DNA of 56,853 bases from Minisyncoccota bacterium (GTDB lineage Bacteria > Patescibacteriota > Minisyncoccia > JAHIHE01 > JAGLIN01), in NCBI GenBank assembly GCA_023142995.1, contig JAGLIM010000036.1:1-56853 (forward strand). Direction: 5' to 3'. The notes beneath the pieces were generated by a model that was not told the origin of the DNA, searched no databases, and saw nothing but the letters and a program-made list of their open reading frames with translations. The position numbers and the translations under genes were made by a program. Shown piece after piece: positions 20,859 to 29,842 of this stretch. Within the stretch, counting starts at the first letter, position 1. Every line of letters starts with the position of its first letter.

Positions 20859-20887
20859 ATTATAACACTTTTTACTTTTGTTGGCAA
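20859..20887 (-). promoter_or_regulatory. sigma70-type promoter of pilA
   Basis: Minus strand reads TTGCCA - 17 nt - TATAAT (-35 at 20882-20887, -10 at 20859-20864), about 65 nt upstream of the pilA ATG. Confidence 0.6.
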
Positions 20888-20896
20888 TACAACAAA

Positions 20897-21976
20897 TTAT
20901 CTTCTTTGCATCATCATTTTTAGATCATTAACATCCAAAGAATATGTTTCACCATTTTCAAGAGATATTTGTCCATCTTTGATCAAGTTTGCAAGCGAAC
21001 TATTCAGAGATGTCATCCCTTCATCAGCACTGGTATTGATCACTAGGTCAAGCTGATGAGTTTTATTCTCCCTGATCAAATTTCTTACTGCAGAATTTGC
21101 CAGCAAGATCTCAATCGCTGGAACTCTTCCTCCCTCAATCTTGGGAACAAGTCTTTGTGAGACAATTCCTAATAGATTTCCTGCAAGCTGAGCTCTGATT
21201 TGATCTTGTTGTCCAGCTGGAAAACTGTCAATGATTCTATCAATAGTTTGCGCAGCAGAATTTGTATGAAGTGTTGCAAATACAAGATGACCAGTTTCAG
21301 CAGCTGTAATCGCTGTACTAATTGTTTCTGGATCTCTCATCTCTCCAACAAGAACAACATCAGCATCTTCTCTAAACACACTTCTGAGCGCAGTACTAAA
21401 TGATTCTGTATCAGAATGAACTTCTCTTTGATTTATTATACATCTATCCTGAGAATATACATACTCAATCGGATCTTCAATTGTGACAATATGAGCATAT
21501 CGTTGATGATTTATTCTATCAATAAGAGCGGCTAACGTCGTTGACTTTCCATGTCCAGATGGACCTACAACAAGAACAAATCCTTGAGATGCAGCTGTAA
21601 AATCATAAATAATACTTGGAATTTGAAGATCTTCTAAAGTTCTTATTTCAGATGATATTAATCTAAATGCAGCACTAACATAGCCTCTTTGATAGAAAAC
21701 ATTCACTCTGAATCTAATTTTTTCTTCAAATTCATAAGAAGTATCAAGTTCTTTTGTTCTTATAAAACTTTCCTTTTGTTCATCAGTTAGTATTGAAAAA
21801 ATAATATCTTCTGCATTTGCAGGAGTAAGCATTTCCTTATTTGTAAGAGGGATTAATCTCCCATCAATTCGAAGTGTTGGATATCTTCCCACAGCCAAAT
21901 GAAGATCAGACGCATTTTCTTGCGCTGTCATTACTAATAAATTATCTAATTCTTGTTTTGTACTTATGCTTGTCAT
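20897..21976 (-). CDS. pilT: twitching-motility (retraction) ATPase PilT
   Basis: 359 aa. Walker A GPSGHGKST, Asp and His boxes, and the PilT-specific AVRNLIRENKTHQL motif. Confidence 0.92.
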   Translation of the reverse strand: MTSISTKQELDNLLVMTAQENASDLHLAVGRYPTLRIDGRLIPLTNKEMLTPANAEDIIFSILTDEQKESFIRTKELDTSYEFEEKIRFRVNVFYQRGYVSAAFRLISSEIRTLEDLQIPSIIYDFTAASQGFVLVVGPSGHGKSTTLAALIDRINHQRYAHIVTIEDPIEYVYSQDRCIINQREVHSDTESFSTALRSVFREDADVVLVGEMRDPETISTAITAAETGHLVFATLHTNSAAQTIDRIIDSFPAGQQDQIRAQLAGNLLGIVSQRLVPKIEGGRVPAIEILLANSAVRNLIRENKTHQLDLVINTSADEGMTSLNSSLANLIKDGQISLENGETYSLDVNDLKMMMQRR

Positions 21977-21993
21977 TGTTTATGAATTATGAA

Positions 21994-22383
21994 TTATGAT
22001 TCTTTCTCTATTACTTCTTTGATCTTTTTTACAACCTCGGAAGGAGTGAAATGAGCTTTTATAATATAGCTCGCTGCACCAAGCTCAAACCCTTTTTCAA
22101 TATTTTCTTTTTGAGATAGATTTGTCAAAAGAATAACAGGTACATTTTTTAATATATCATTTTCCTTAATCATTTTCAAAACACTAAAACCATCGATCTT
22201 AGGCATAACAATATCCAGTAATATTACATCAGGGATATCTTTTTCTAATCTTTTCATCCCTTCTATTCCATCACTTGCAACATTAACCTCATAATTATCA
22301 GCTTCTAACTTAATTTTATACATATCAGAGATATATATATCATCTTCGATTATAAATACTTTAATTTTTTCGTTATTATTCAT
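21994..22383 (-). CDS. stand-alone response-regulator receiver domain protein (CheY/PilH-like)
   Basis: 129 aa with IIEDD acidic pocket, phospho-acceptor context LLDIVMP, LTN and conserved Lys (IIKAHF). No output domain. Confidence 0.85.
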   Translation of the reverse strand: MNNNEKIKVFIIEDDIYISDMYKIKLEADNYEVNVASDGIEGMKRLEKDIPDVILLDIVMPKIDGFSVLKMIKENDILKNVPVILLTNLSQKENIEKGFELGAASYIIKAHFTPSEVVKKIKEVIEKES

Positions 22384-22460
22384 ATTTATTAACTTAAATA
22401 TATTAACATATTAGCATACTAACACATTTAAAATTTCTATTTCAGTTTGTTAAAATGTTT

Positions 22461-24209
22461 CTAGTCTTCTGTAGCTTTTAAAACCTCTTCAATCGTAGTA
22501 TATCCTTTTAAAGCTTTTAATATACCATCTTGCTTCATTGATAGCATACCTTGTTTTACAGCCTCTTTGGCAATATCAGTGTCAGTAATTTTTGATGTCA
22601 TAATCTCTTCAATACCAGATGTCATTGAAAGAACTTCATAAACACCAATTCTTCCAGAAGTTCCTGATTTATTACAATCACTACAACCCTTACCTTGATA
22701 AACTTTAATTCCTTTTGAAAAATCTATACCGACCTTTTGATCTTCTGGTATTTGATCAAGTTCTTTGAGAATCATTTTTTCTAGACCTTTGGATAATTTA
22801 GCTTCTTCTTTACATTTTTTACATATTTTTCGTACAAGTCGCTGTCCGACTGCAAGATTCAATGATGAAGAAATTAGAAAAGGTTCAATTCCCATATCTA
22901 TCAATCTCGGAATAACACCAACAGCATTATTAGTATGCAAAGTAGATAATACCAGATGTCCAGTTAATGCTGCATGAGTAGCAAGTTCAGCAGTTTCTTT
23001 ATCTCTAATTTCACCAACCATAATTATATCTGGATCCTGACGTAAAATTGACCTTAAACCTGATGAAAAAGTATATCCTATCTCTGCTTTTATCTGAGAT
23101 TGATTGATACCAGCCATAAAATATTCAACAGGATCTTCCAGAGTAACAATATTAACTCCTTCTTCATTTAATATCTTGAGCATAGCATAAAGAGTTGTTG
23201 ACTTTCCAGATCCTGTAGGGCCTGTTACAAGAATTATACCAAATGGTTTTCCAATATTTTCGTTTATTATTTTTAATCCACGACCAGAAATTCCGAGAGA
23301 TTCCAAAGAGTTTATATCAGATGACGTATCAAGAATTCTCATTACTACTTTTTCACCTGTCACTGTTGGAAAAGTTGAAACACGCAAATCAACACTTTTA
23401 GCACCGCTAGCATTTGAATTCAAATCAAATCTAAATCTTCCATCTTGTGGCTTTCGAGTTTCATCAATTTTCAAACTTGATAATATTTTGATTCTTGATA
23501 CTACTGCGGGACCTATTTTAGCTGGTAGAACTAAACTATTATGTAAAACTCCATCAAGTCTATATCTTACTCTTAGTTCGTTCTCTGAAGGTTCAATATG
23601 AATATCACTTGCCTTGCCCTCTACAGCATGTGAGACAATAATATCAACTATTTTACTTACTGGCGCTTTCTCTAGAATTGTTCCTCCTTTTTCCTTTTTT
23701 TCTTCTTTTTTTTCTTCAATATGTACATCAACATTCTTCAATACATTTTCGATCTCATCACTGAACTTCCTATATTGCTTGGAAATTGTATTAAAACCAT
23801 TTCCAGATATTAAATAAATTTCTGTTTTTAAATTATGTTTAACCGAAATAAACTTCAAAGCATCCAAAGCATCAACATTAGTTGGATCAGCCATTGCGAC
23901 TTTTAAAGAATCATCATCTCTTTTAAATGGTATGAACTTATAAAATAACGAGGCTTTCTCAGGAATTTCTTTCAAAACTTCCGGTTCAATTATTTCATCC
24001 TTCAAATTAATATATGGAATACTTAGAAATTCAGCTTTGGCTTTAATGATCTCTTCTTCTTCCGCAAATTTTTTCTTGATCAAAACATTAAATATATCTA
24101 GATTTTTGTCTTTTGCTTCTTCAAATGATTCATTAAGTTTTTTGGTACTACCAAGTTTCTTCGCAACAAGATCGTTATAAGCTTTTTCTAGATATTCATC
24201 ATTCATCAC
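22461..24209 (-). CDS. pilB: type IV pilus assembly (extension) ATPase PilB/GspE family
   Basis: 582 aa. T2SSE N-domain, Walker A GPTGSGKST, Walker B/Asp box, His box, tetracysteine motif CKKCKEE...CSDCNKSG. Confidence 0.92.
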   Translation of the reverse strand: MMNDEYLEKAYNDLVAKKLGSTKKLNESFEEAKDKNLDIFNVLIKKKFAEEEEIIKAKAEFLSIPYINLKDEIIEPEVLKEIPEKASLFYKFIPFKRDDDSLKVAMADPTNVDALDALKFISVKHNLKTEIYLISGNGFNTISKQYRKFSDEIENVLKNVDVHIEEKKEEKKEKGGTILEKAPVSKIVDIIVSHAVEGKASDIHIEPSENELRVRYRLDGVLHNSLVLPAKIGPAVVSRIKILSSLKIDETRKPQDGRFRFDLNSNASGAKSVDLRVSTFPTVTGEKVVMRILDTSSDINSLESLGISGRGLKIINENIGKPFGIILVTGPTGSGKSTTLYAMLKILNEEGVNIVTLEDPVEYFMAGINQSQIKAEIGYTFSSGLRSILRQDPDIIMVGEIRDKETAELATHAALTGHLVLSTLHTNNAVGVIPRLIDMGIEPFLISSSLNLAVGQRLVRKICKKCKEEAKLSKGLEKMILKELDQIPEDQKVGIDFSKGIKVYQGKGCSDCNKSGTSGRIGVYEVLSMTSGIEEIMTSKITDTDIAKEAVKQGMLSMKQDGILKALKGYTTIEEVLKATED

Positions 24210-24294
24210 GTTTTTATTATTAATAATAAATTTTCCAAAAACTGCAAACAGATAATATTATATTTTCTAAAGAAATAAACATCTAATCAGATAT

Positions 24295-25413
24295 CTATTT
24301 TCTATTTTCCAATCCTCTTAATGCTAATCCAACAGCTACTGAAAAATACGGGGAAGACTCTTCAAGTCTTTTATCTAATGCTCTATCATAAGAAATCTCT
24401 TTCCATGGATTACCAATCTCTGTTGGTATCCCAATTTCTGTTGTAAAATATTCAGCTAAACCAGAGATATAAGATGTTCTTCCTGTTACTATAATTTTAT
24501 TAACACTTTTCTTATTTGATTTAGTATAATTTCCATTTATTTTTCTTATTTCAGAAATGATTATACTCATTATTGGTAACACTATTTCAGAGACTTGCTT
24601 TTGAGAATTATCCTCTTTATTAAGTCCAATATCTTTTTTAAGTTGTTCAGCTCTATGAAAATCAACATCTACTCCGTGACTAATAATTCTTGTTATCTCT
24701 TCACCTCCTGTACCAGAGATACTATGACCGCTTATTACTTCTCCGCTTTCTACAATAGTAATGCTTGTTGTTTTATTACCTATATCAACAATTGAAATTG
24801 TACCTTTCTCACCTCTTGAGAAAGCCATAGCAAGCGAAAACGATTCAGTCTCTAATGCAACAAGCTCTAACCCTAATGAATCCACAATACTAACATATTT
24901 ATTTGTAATTTCTTTTGGTATCGCAACTAATAATATTTTCAATTTCTTTATATTTTTCTCCTCTACAATACTATCCTTATTTCCATTTTTAGTTCCGCCT
25001 GTTCTTCCAATAACAACCCAATCAAATATTACTTCATCTATAGCTATCGGAATATATTGTCTTGCTTCAAAATTTATTGCATTTTCTATCTCTTCCTCAG
25101 GCATATCAGGTAAACTTATTATTGAGGAAAATGCCGATGATATAGGAACAGCCATTGAAACCCTTTTTGAACTTATACCAGCATCGCTTATAATTTTTGC
25201 TAGATCATCTGATATTTTCTTATCAGACATTCTGATATTATTAAATTTACTATCACTACCTAAAATCTCCAAATAATCTTTAGTTTCTATTGAAGCATAA
25301 TTTTCAAGACTAACTTTCTTATCCTTCGATCCCAACTGAACAACTCTTATTCCAGTTGTTCCTATATCAACTCCCAAAGAACTAGCTGCTTGTTTTTTTA
25401 AAATATTGAACAT
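24295..25413 (-). CDS. pilM: type IV pilus assembly protein PilM (actin-like ATPase fold)
   Basis: LGVDIGTTGIRVVQL phosphate-1-like motif, 372 aa, first gene of the pilM-pilB-pilT string. Confidence 0.85.
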   Translation of the reverse strand: MFNILKKQAASSLGVDIGTTGIRVVQLGSKDKKVSLENYASIETKDYLEILGSDSKFNNIRMSDKKISDDLAKIISDAGISSKRVSMAVPISSAFSSIISLPDMPEEEIENAINFEARQYIPIAIDEVIFDWVVIGRTGGTKNGNKDSIVEEKNIKKLKILLVAIPKEITNKYVSIVDSLGLELVALETESFSLAMAFSRGEKGTISIVDIGNKTTSITIVESGEVISGHSISGTGGEEITRIISHGVDVDFHRAEQLKKDIGLNKEDNSQKQVSEIVLPIMSIIISEIRKINGNYTKSNKKSVNKIIVTGRTSYISGLAEYFTTEIGIPTEIGNPWKEISYDRALDKRLEESSPYFSVAVGLALRGLENRK

Positions 25414-25427
25414 TTTTATATTAAGAA

Positions 25428-26003
25428 TTACTCTTCTTTAATCTCAATCTTCATTGAAGTATTTTTCTCTATTTTAGGAAGTTTTATTGTTAATATTCCA
25501 TTTTTTATCGTAGCTTCTACTCCATCTGCCTTTATGTCACAAGGTAAGATTATAGAACGAGAAAAGTTTCCCCAGAAACATTCTTGATAATAGTAATCGT
25601 CTTCAACAACTTCATCAATGTTATTTCTTTTTCCCTTGATCGTAACCATATCATTTGTAACAGAAATATCCAGATCCTCAGATCTAACACCACCAATAAT
25701 TGATTTAATAACAATATCTTCTTCTGTTTTATAAACATCCACTGTCAATTGTCCTTCTTCATCACTACTACCCGATTCTTTATCAAACCATTCCTTGTCA
25801 TTCTCATCTTTTCTTTCAGTTTCATCTAAAGCCATATCATCTTTCTCATTTTCAGCTATTTCTTCTTCCTTTAGTCTTTCTTCAAGATCACTGCTCAAAT
25901 TTTCATCAACTGAATTTTTAATTTCTATATCCTTCTCTTGAATTTCATCATTATCATCAGAAGAACCAATTTTGTCTAGAAATGATTGTTTTTGTTTGGT
26001 CAT
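25428..26003 (-). CDS. Hsp20/alpha-crystallin small heat-shock protein with long acidic N-terminal extension
   Basis: C-terminal alpha-crystallin domain (VDVYKTEEDIVIKSIIGGV...VEATIKNGILTIKLPK). Preceded by about 85 residues rich in D/E. Confidence 0.8.
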   Translation of the reverse strand: MTKQKQSFLDKIGSSDDNDEIQEKDIEIKNSVDENLSSDLEERLKEEEIAENEKDDMALDETERKDENDKEWFDKESGSSDEEGQLTVDVYKTEEDIVIKSIIGGVRSEDLDISVTNDMVTIKGKRNNIDEVVEDDYYYQECFWGNFSRSIILPCDIKADGVEATIKNGILTIKLPKIEKNTSMKIEIKEE

Positions 26004-26042
26004 ATTTTTGTTTTATTTTTTTAAATTATCATACACAATAAT

Positions 26043-26070
26043 ATTATACCATTTTTAAAAATTACAACAA
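26043..26070 (-). promoter_or_regulatory. possible extended -10 promoter of hsp20
   Basis: Minus strand reads TTGTTG - 16 nt - TATAAT with an extended -10 (TGGTATAAT), about 40 nt upstream of ATG 26003. Confidence 0.35.
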
Positions 26071-26117
26071 GTGGGACTAGCTTTTTAGGCTGTAGCTTCT
26101 TAGCTTTTTAGGGATTT

Positions 26118-26240
26118 AGTATAAAAACCTTTGAAAAACGCAGTTTTTGTCATTCCCTCGGAGGAGGGAATCCAGTATTTAAATCAAAAGACAAATTTTA
26201 AAATATGACTTTTGATAGTTTTTCAGAGCTTCCTATATTA
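26118..26240. repeat. member of the CTCTGAAAAAC-ended repeat family with inverted termini
   Basis: Left end CCTTTGAAAAACGCAGTTTTTGTCATTCCCTCGGAGGAGGGAATCC (internal hairpin GGGAATCC/..ATTCCC). Right end GTTTTTCAGAGCTTCCT is the inverted complement of the left terminus. Confidence 0.6.
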
Positions 26241-26301
26241 ACATTTTAACATTTTCTTACTAATTCCTTTAGATCACAAAATTCAAAGTAATTAACAATG
26301 T

Positions 26302-29300
26302 TTAATTATCTAACAATTCCAGTTTCCCTTTCAGTTTTTCTAGCTTTATTGTACTTTCTTGATGTTTTTCCCTTTCTTTTTCAACAATTTCTCGCGGAGC
26401 ACTAGCGACAAAGTTATCATTACCAAGTTTTTTTCTTATCTGTGTAATATATTTTTCTATATTCTCAATTTCTTTTTTAGTTTTTTCTATCTCTTTTTCT
26501 GTATCAATCAAATCCCCGATATTTACATAAACTGAAACCTTATGATCAAAATGAATCCACCCTTCTATCTTTTTTACTCCAACTTCAAATTCTAAACTTT
26601 TAACTCCTGCTAATTTTTCAATAATATTTTTATTTTTTTCTATTACATCAAAATCTGCTTTCGTTAGATCCTTTCTTGTTTCAGAATTTATTACAACATC
26701 CACTTTTTCTTTTAAGGAAATTTTATTCTCATTCTTTATCCTTCTTATTTCTGAAATTATTCCCTGAAGAAGATCAAAATCAACATTTACTTGAATTAAT
26801 TCTAAACATCTTTTTTTATCCTCTGGCCATTTTTCAACCATTAATAAACTATTTTTATCCATCTCTTCCCATATCCTTTCTGTCACAAAAGGTATGAACG
26901 GATGACATAGCTTTAATAAAGTTTCCAAAACATAAATTAAAACCGCATCATTTTTCTCTTGTACTTTTGAAACCTCTAAATACCAATCAGCAAATTTATT
27001 CCACATAAAATCTCTAATACCATCACCAACTTCAAGCGCAGAAGAAAATTGATAATTTTCTAAAGAATTATTAACTATATAAATAAGATTATCCAATTCT
27101 TCTAAAATCCATTTATCCGCCAAAGTTAAATTATCATAATCAATTTCTGACTTTTGACTTTTGACTTTTGACTTTTGACTTAGAATTATATACCGCGACA
27201 CATTCCAAAGCTTATTCACAAAATTCCGATACCCTTCAATTTTCTCTTCATACATTTTGATGTCATTTCCTGGACTGGACCCGATGATCATACTCAATCG
27301 CAAAGCATCTGTTCCATATTTTTCGATCATTGTGGCAGGATCAATTCCATTTCCAAGAGATTTGCTCATTTTCTTTCCTTGTTTATCACGCACCATTCCA
27401 TGAAGATAAACATTTTCAAATGGCACTTCGTCTAAAGTATAAGTCGTCATCAAGATCATTCTGGCTATCCAAAAAAACAAAATATCATATCCAGTTTCCA
27501 TTACTGAAGTTGGATGAAATTTTTTCAAATCCGGACTACCAGCGACCCACTCCTCAAATGTTTTATACTTCTCGTGATCTTGATCAAGCAAAGTTGAAAA
27601 AGTCCAAATCCCAGAAGAGAACCAGGTGTCAAGAGTATCAAAATCCTGAGTCCACTCCGAGTTTTTTAAAAATACATTTCCACCAATTAAAATTTTATCA
27701 TCTTTATATCTAACATATATTTCATTTTCAAAATTTTCTGTTCCTTGCTTAACAATAAAATCATTATCAAAAAATGCAGCTAATGCACCAGCAGCAACAG
27801 CTGTTGCTTCATCTTCATTAATTCCTAAAAATGGATTAAATTGTCTTACAAAAACTAAGTTTTTATTTTTTTTATCTTCAACAAAAAGACAATATCCAGA
27901 AAAATTCTTTTCCTTATTCCATTTTTTAAGATTTTCAAAATCAGGATTTACTTTTCTTAAAGTTTCAATATCTTTTATCCTTACTATAAGCTTTGGCACG
28001 CCAATAGAAAATATTCCTAAAAGTTCAAACTCTTCTTTTTCAATTCCCAAAAATTCAAATGGCAGTTCTTCAGAAAAATTCGACTTGATTCTTATAGACT
28101 TATCTGTTTGAAAAAATATTTTATTATCTTCTTTTTGAACTACAATATCTCCTGCTAATGTTTTAATTTTAAGATCTGATTTATCAAAACTCGTAGCTCC
28201 AGCAAGCAAAGCATGACCGCAAAGCGGAGTTTCTTCTCCTATTTTTGAAAAAAATCTAAACTCAGCATCATAATTTGAATTTTTAGATTTTAAAACAAAA
28301 ACGCTTTCAGAAGCACCAATCTCTTTTGCAATTTCTGGCATTTCGTTTTCTTTAAATTCTTTATCTACTACGCCTGCTATATTGCCACTGCTTATATTAG
28401 AACCAAAAACATTTGCAATTTTATAATCATTCTCTGGCAACTTACCGCCAATATAAATTTCCTGACTTTCTACTTTATGAACTTTATCAACTTTTAACTT
28501 ATAATACACCGGAATCCGATGTCCAAACCACAACTGCCGTGAAATGCACCAGTCATGAAGATTTTCCATCCAGTTATAATAAGTTTTCTCAAATCTCTCT
28601 GGAATGATCTTGATCTCCCTATTTCTGACAACTTCAAGAGAAACATCTTTAAGGGACTTGTTTTGAAAATATTTATTTCCTTCAATCGTAATTTTTTTAT
28701 CAACGGCAACAAACCATTGCTTTGACGGCAGAGGTTCAATTGGAGTATCGCAACGATAGCAAATGCTCAAAGATTGGTCTACTTCTTCAACTTTTTCAAT
28801 TAAATCATTTTTTTGTAGATATTTTACAAATTTCTTTCGCGCTTTTAAAGCTGTTAGTCCCGCATAATCTTTCCCCGCACCAACATTCATTTTCCCATCT
28901 TCACCGATTACTTTTATTTTTTCTAAATCATTCTTTTCTGCTATTTCCCAATCAATCATACTGTGTGCTGGCGTTACTCCTATTGCTCCTGTTCCAAATT
29001 CCATATCAATCCCCCGATCAGCAATAACTTTGATCTTATGTGTGCCATTTCCCAGATCAATTTCAAAAATCTGTCCAATATATTTCTTATATCTCTTGTC
29101 CTTGGGATTCACCGCAATTGCTGTATCGCCCAATTTTGTCTCTGGTCTTGTCGTGGCAATTGTGATCGGAAAATCTTTATTATATTTAAAATAATAAAAT
29201 TTTCCTTTTTGATCTTTATGTTCAACTTCATCATCCGCAAGAGTTGACTCGCATCTTGGACACCAGTTAACAATTCTGTCTCCGCGATATATTAATCCAT

Positions 29301-29805
29301 CATTATACATCTTCGTGAAAACCTCTCTAACCGCGCGCGATAGACCATCATCAAGAGTATATCTTTCCCGCGACCAATCACAAGAAGATCCCATTTTTCG
29401 TGTTTGGTTTTTAATCGTGTTTTTTGAATTTTCTACATATTCATTAATTCGCTCTAAAAACTTTTCTCTCCCCAGATCATATTTCGTTTTACCTTCTTTC
29501 GCGATTATCTTCTCAACTTTCGTCTGCGTCGCAATTGAAGCATGATCCGTCCCTGGAAGCCATAATGCCTTTTTCCCCTGCATCCGATTATACCTGATCA
29601 TTAAATCCTGATAAGTAAGCATTGAGGCATGCCCCAAATGTAAAAAACCAGTCGCATTCGGCGGTGGCATTGAAATTGAAAACTTTTCAGCATCTTCTGG
29701 CAACTCTAAATTATCTGGATCAAACTTCCCAGATTCTTCCCATTTTTTATATATTTTATCCTCAACTTCTTGTGGATTATATGCTTTTGGAATTTCTTTT
29801 TTCAT
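26302..29805 (-). CDS. valS: valine--tRNA ligase carrying an internal PhzF-like domain insertion
   Basis: HIGH-type FLHLGHA, CP1 editing region, WCISRQLWFGHRIPVYY, DTLDTWFSS, KMSKS and a C-terminal coiled coil. At 1167 aa it exceeds the usual roughly 880 because of an insert of about 256 aa between the WFGHRIP and DTWFSS elements. Confidence 0.95.
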   Translation of the reverse strand: MKKEIPKAYNPQEVEDKIYKKWEESGKFDPDNLELPEDAEKFSISMPPPNATGFLHLGHASMLTYQDLMIRYNRMQGKKALWLPGTDHASIATQTKVEKIIAKEGKTKYDLGREKFLERINEYVENSKNTIKNQTRKMGSSCDWSRERYTLDDGLSRAVREVFTKMYNDGLIYRGDRIVNWCPRCESTLADDEVEHKDQKGKFYYFKYNKDFPITIATTRPETKLGDTAIAVNPKDKRYKKYIGQIFEIDLGNGTHKIKVIADRGIDMEFGTGAIGVTPAHSMIDWEIAEKNDLEKIKVIGEDGKMNVGAGKDYAGLTALKARKKFVKYLQKNDLIEKVEEVDQSLSICYRCDTPIEPLPSKQWFVAVDKKITIEGNKYFQNKSLKDVSLEVVRNREIKIIPERFEKTYYNWMENLHDWCISRQLWFGHRIPVYYKLKVDKVHKVESQEIYIGGKLPENDYKIANVFGSNISSGNIAGVVDKEFKENEMPEIAKEIGASESVFVLKSKNSNYDAEFRFFSKIGEETPLCGHALLAGATSFDKSDLKIKTLAGDIVVQKEDNKIFFQTDKSIRIKSNFSEELPFEFLGIEKEEFELLGIFSIGVPKLIVRIKDIETLRKVNPDFENLKKWNKEKNFSGYCLFVEDKKNKNLVFVRQFNPFLGINEDEATAVAAGALAAFFDNDFIVKQGTENFENEIYVRYKDDKILIGGNVFLKNSEWTQDFDTLDTWFSSGIWTFSTLLDQDHEKYKTFEEWVAGSPDLKKFHPTSVMETGYDILFFWIARMILMTTYTLDEVPFENVYLHGMVRDKQGKKMSKSLGNGIDPATMIEKYGTDALRLSMIIGSSPGNDIKMYEEKIEGYRNFVNKLWNVSRYIILSQKSKVKSQKSEIDYDNLTLADKWILEELDNLIYIVNNSLENYQFSSALEVGDGIRDFMWNKFADWYLEVSKVQEKNDAVLIYVLETLLKLCHPFIPFVTERIWEEMDKNSLLMVEKWPEDKKRCLELIQVNVDFDLLQGIISEIRRIKNENKISLKEKVDVVINSETRKDLTKADFDVIEKNKNIIEKLAGVKSLEFEVGVKKIEGWIHFDHKVSVYVNIGDLIDTEKEIEKTKKEIENIEKYITQIRKKLGNDNFVASAPREIVEKEREKHQESTIKLEKLKGKLELLDN
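27149..27181 (-). repeat. (GACTTTT)4.7 heptamer tandem repeat in frame inside valS
   Basis: Direct reading. Encodes SQKSKVKSQKS in the loop between NKLWNVSRYI and LTLADKWILEEL. Confidence 0.85.
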
Positions 29806-29842
29806 AAAATCATTTTTAGCAAAGCACGCATTTTATTTATCT

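Noticed and set aside
24761-25276. 171-aa plus-strand ORF antisense to pilM
   Set aside because: Lies entirely within the well-supported pilM CDS. Its translation is low-complexity and I/S/F-rich, it has no RBS and no recognisable motif. This is a typical shadow ORF of an AT-rich gene.
27652-28419. valS insert as an intein or mobile intron-encoded ORF
   Set aside because: No intein junction signatures (no Cys/Ser/Thr at the N-junction with a His-Asn plus Cys/Ser/Thr C-junction) and no homing-endonuclease motifs. The insert instead carries both halves of the PhzF-family motif set.
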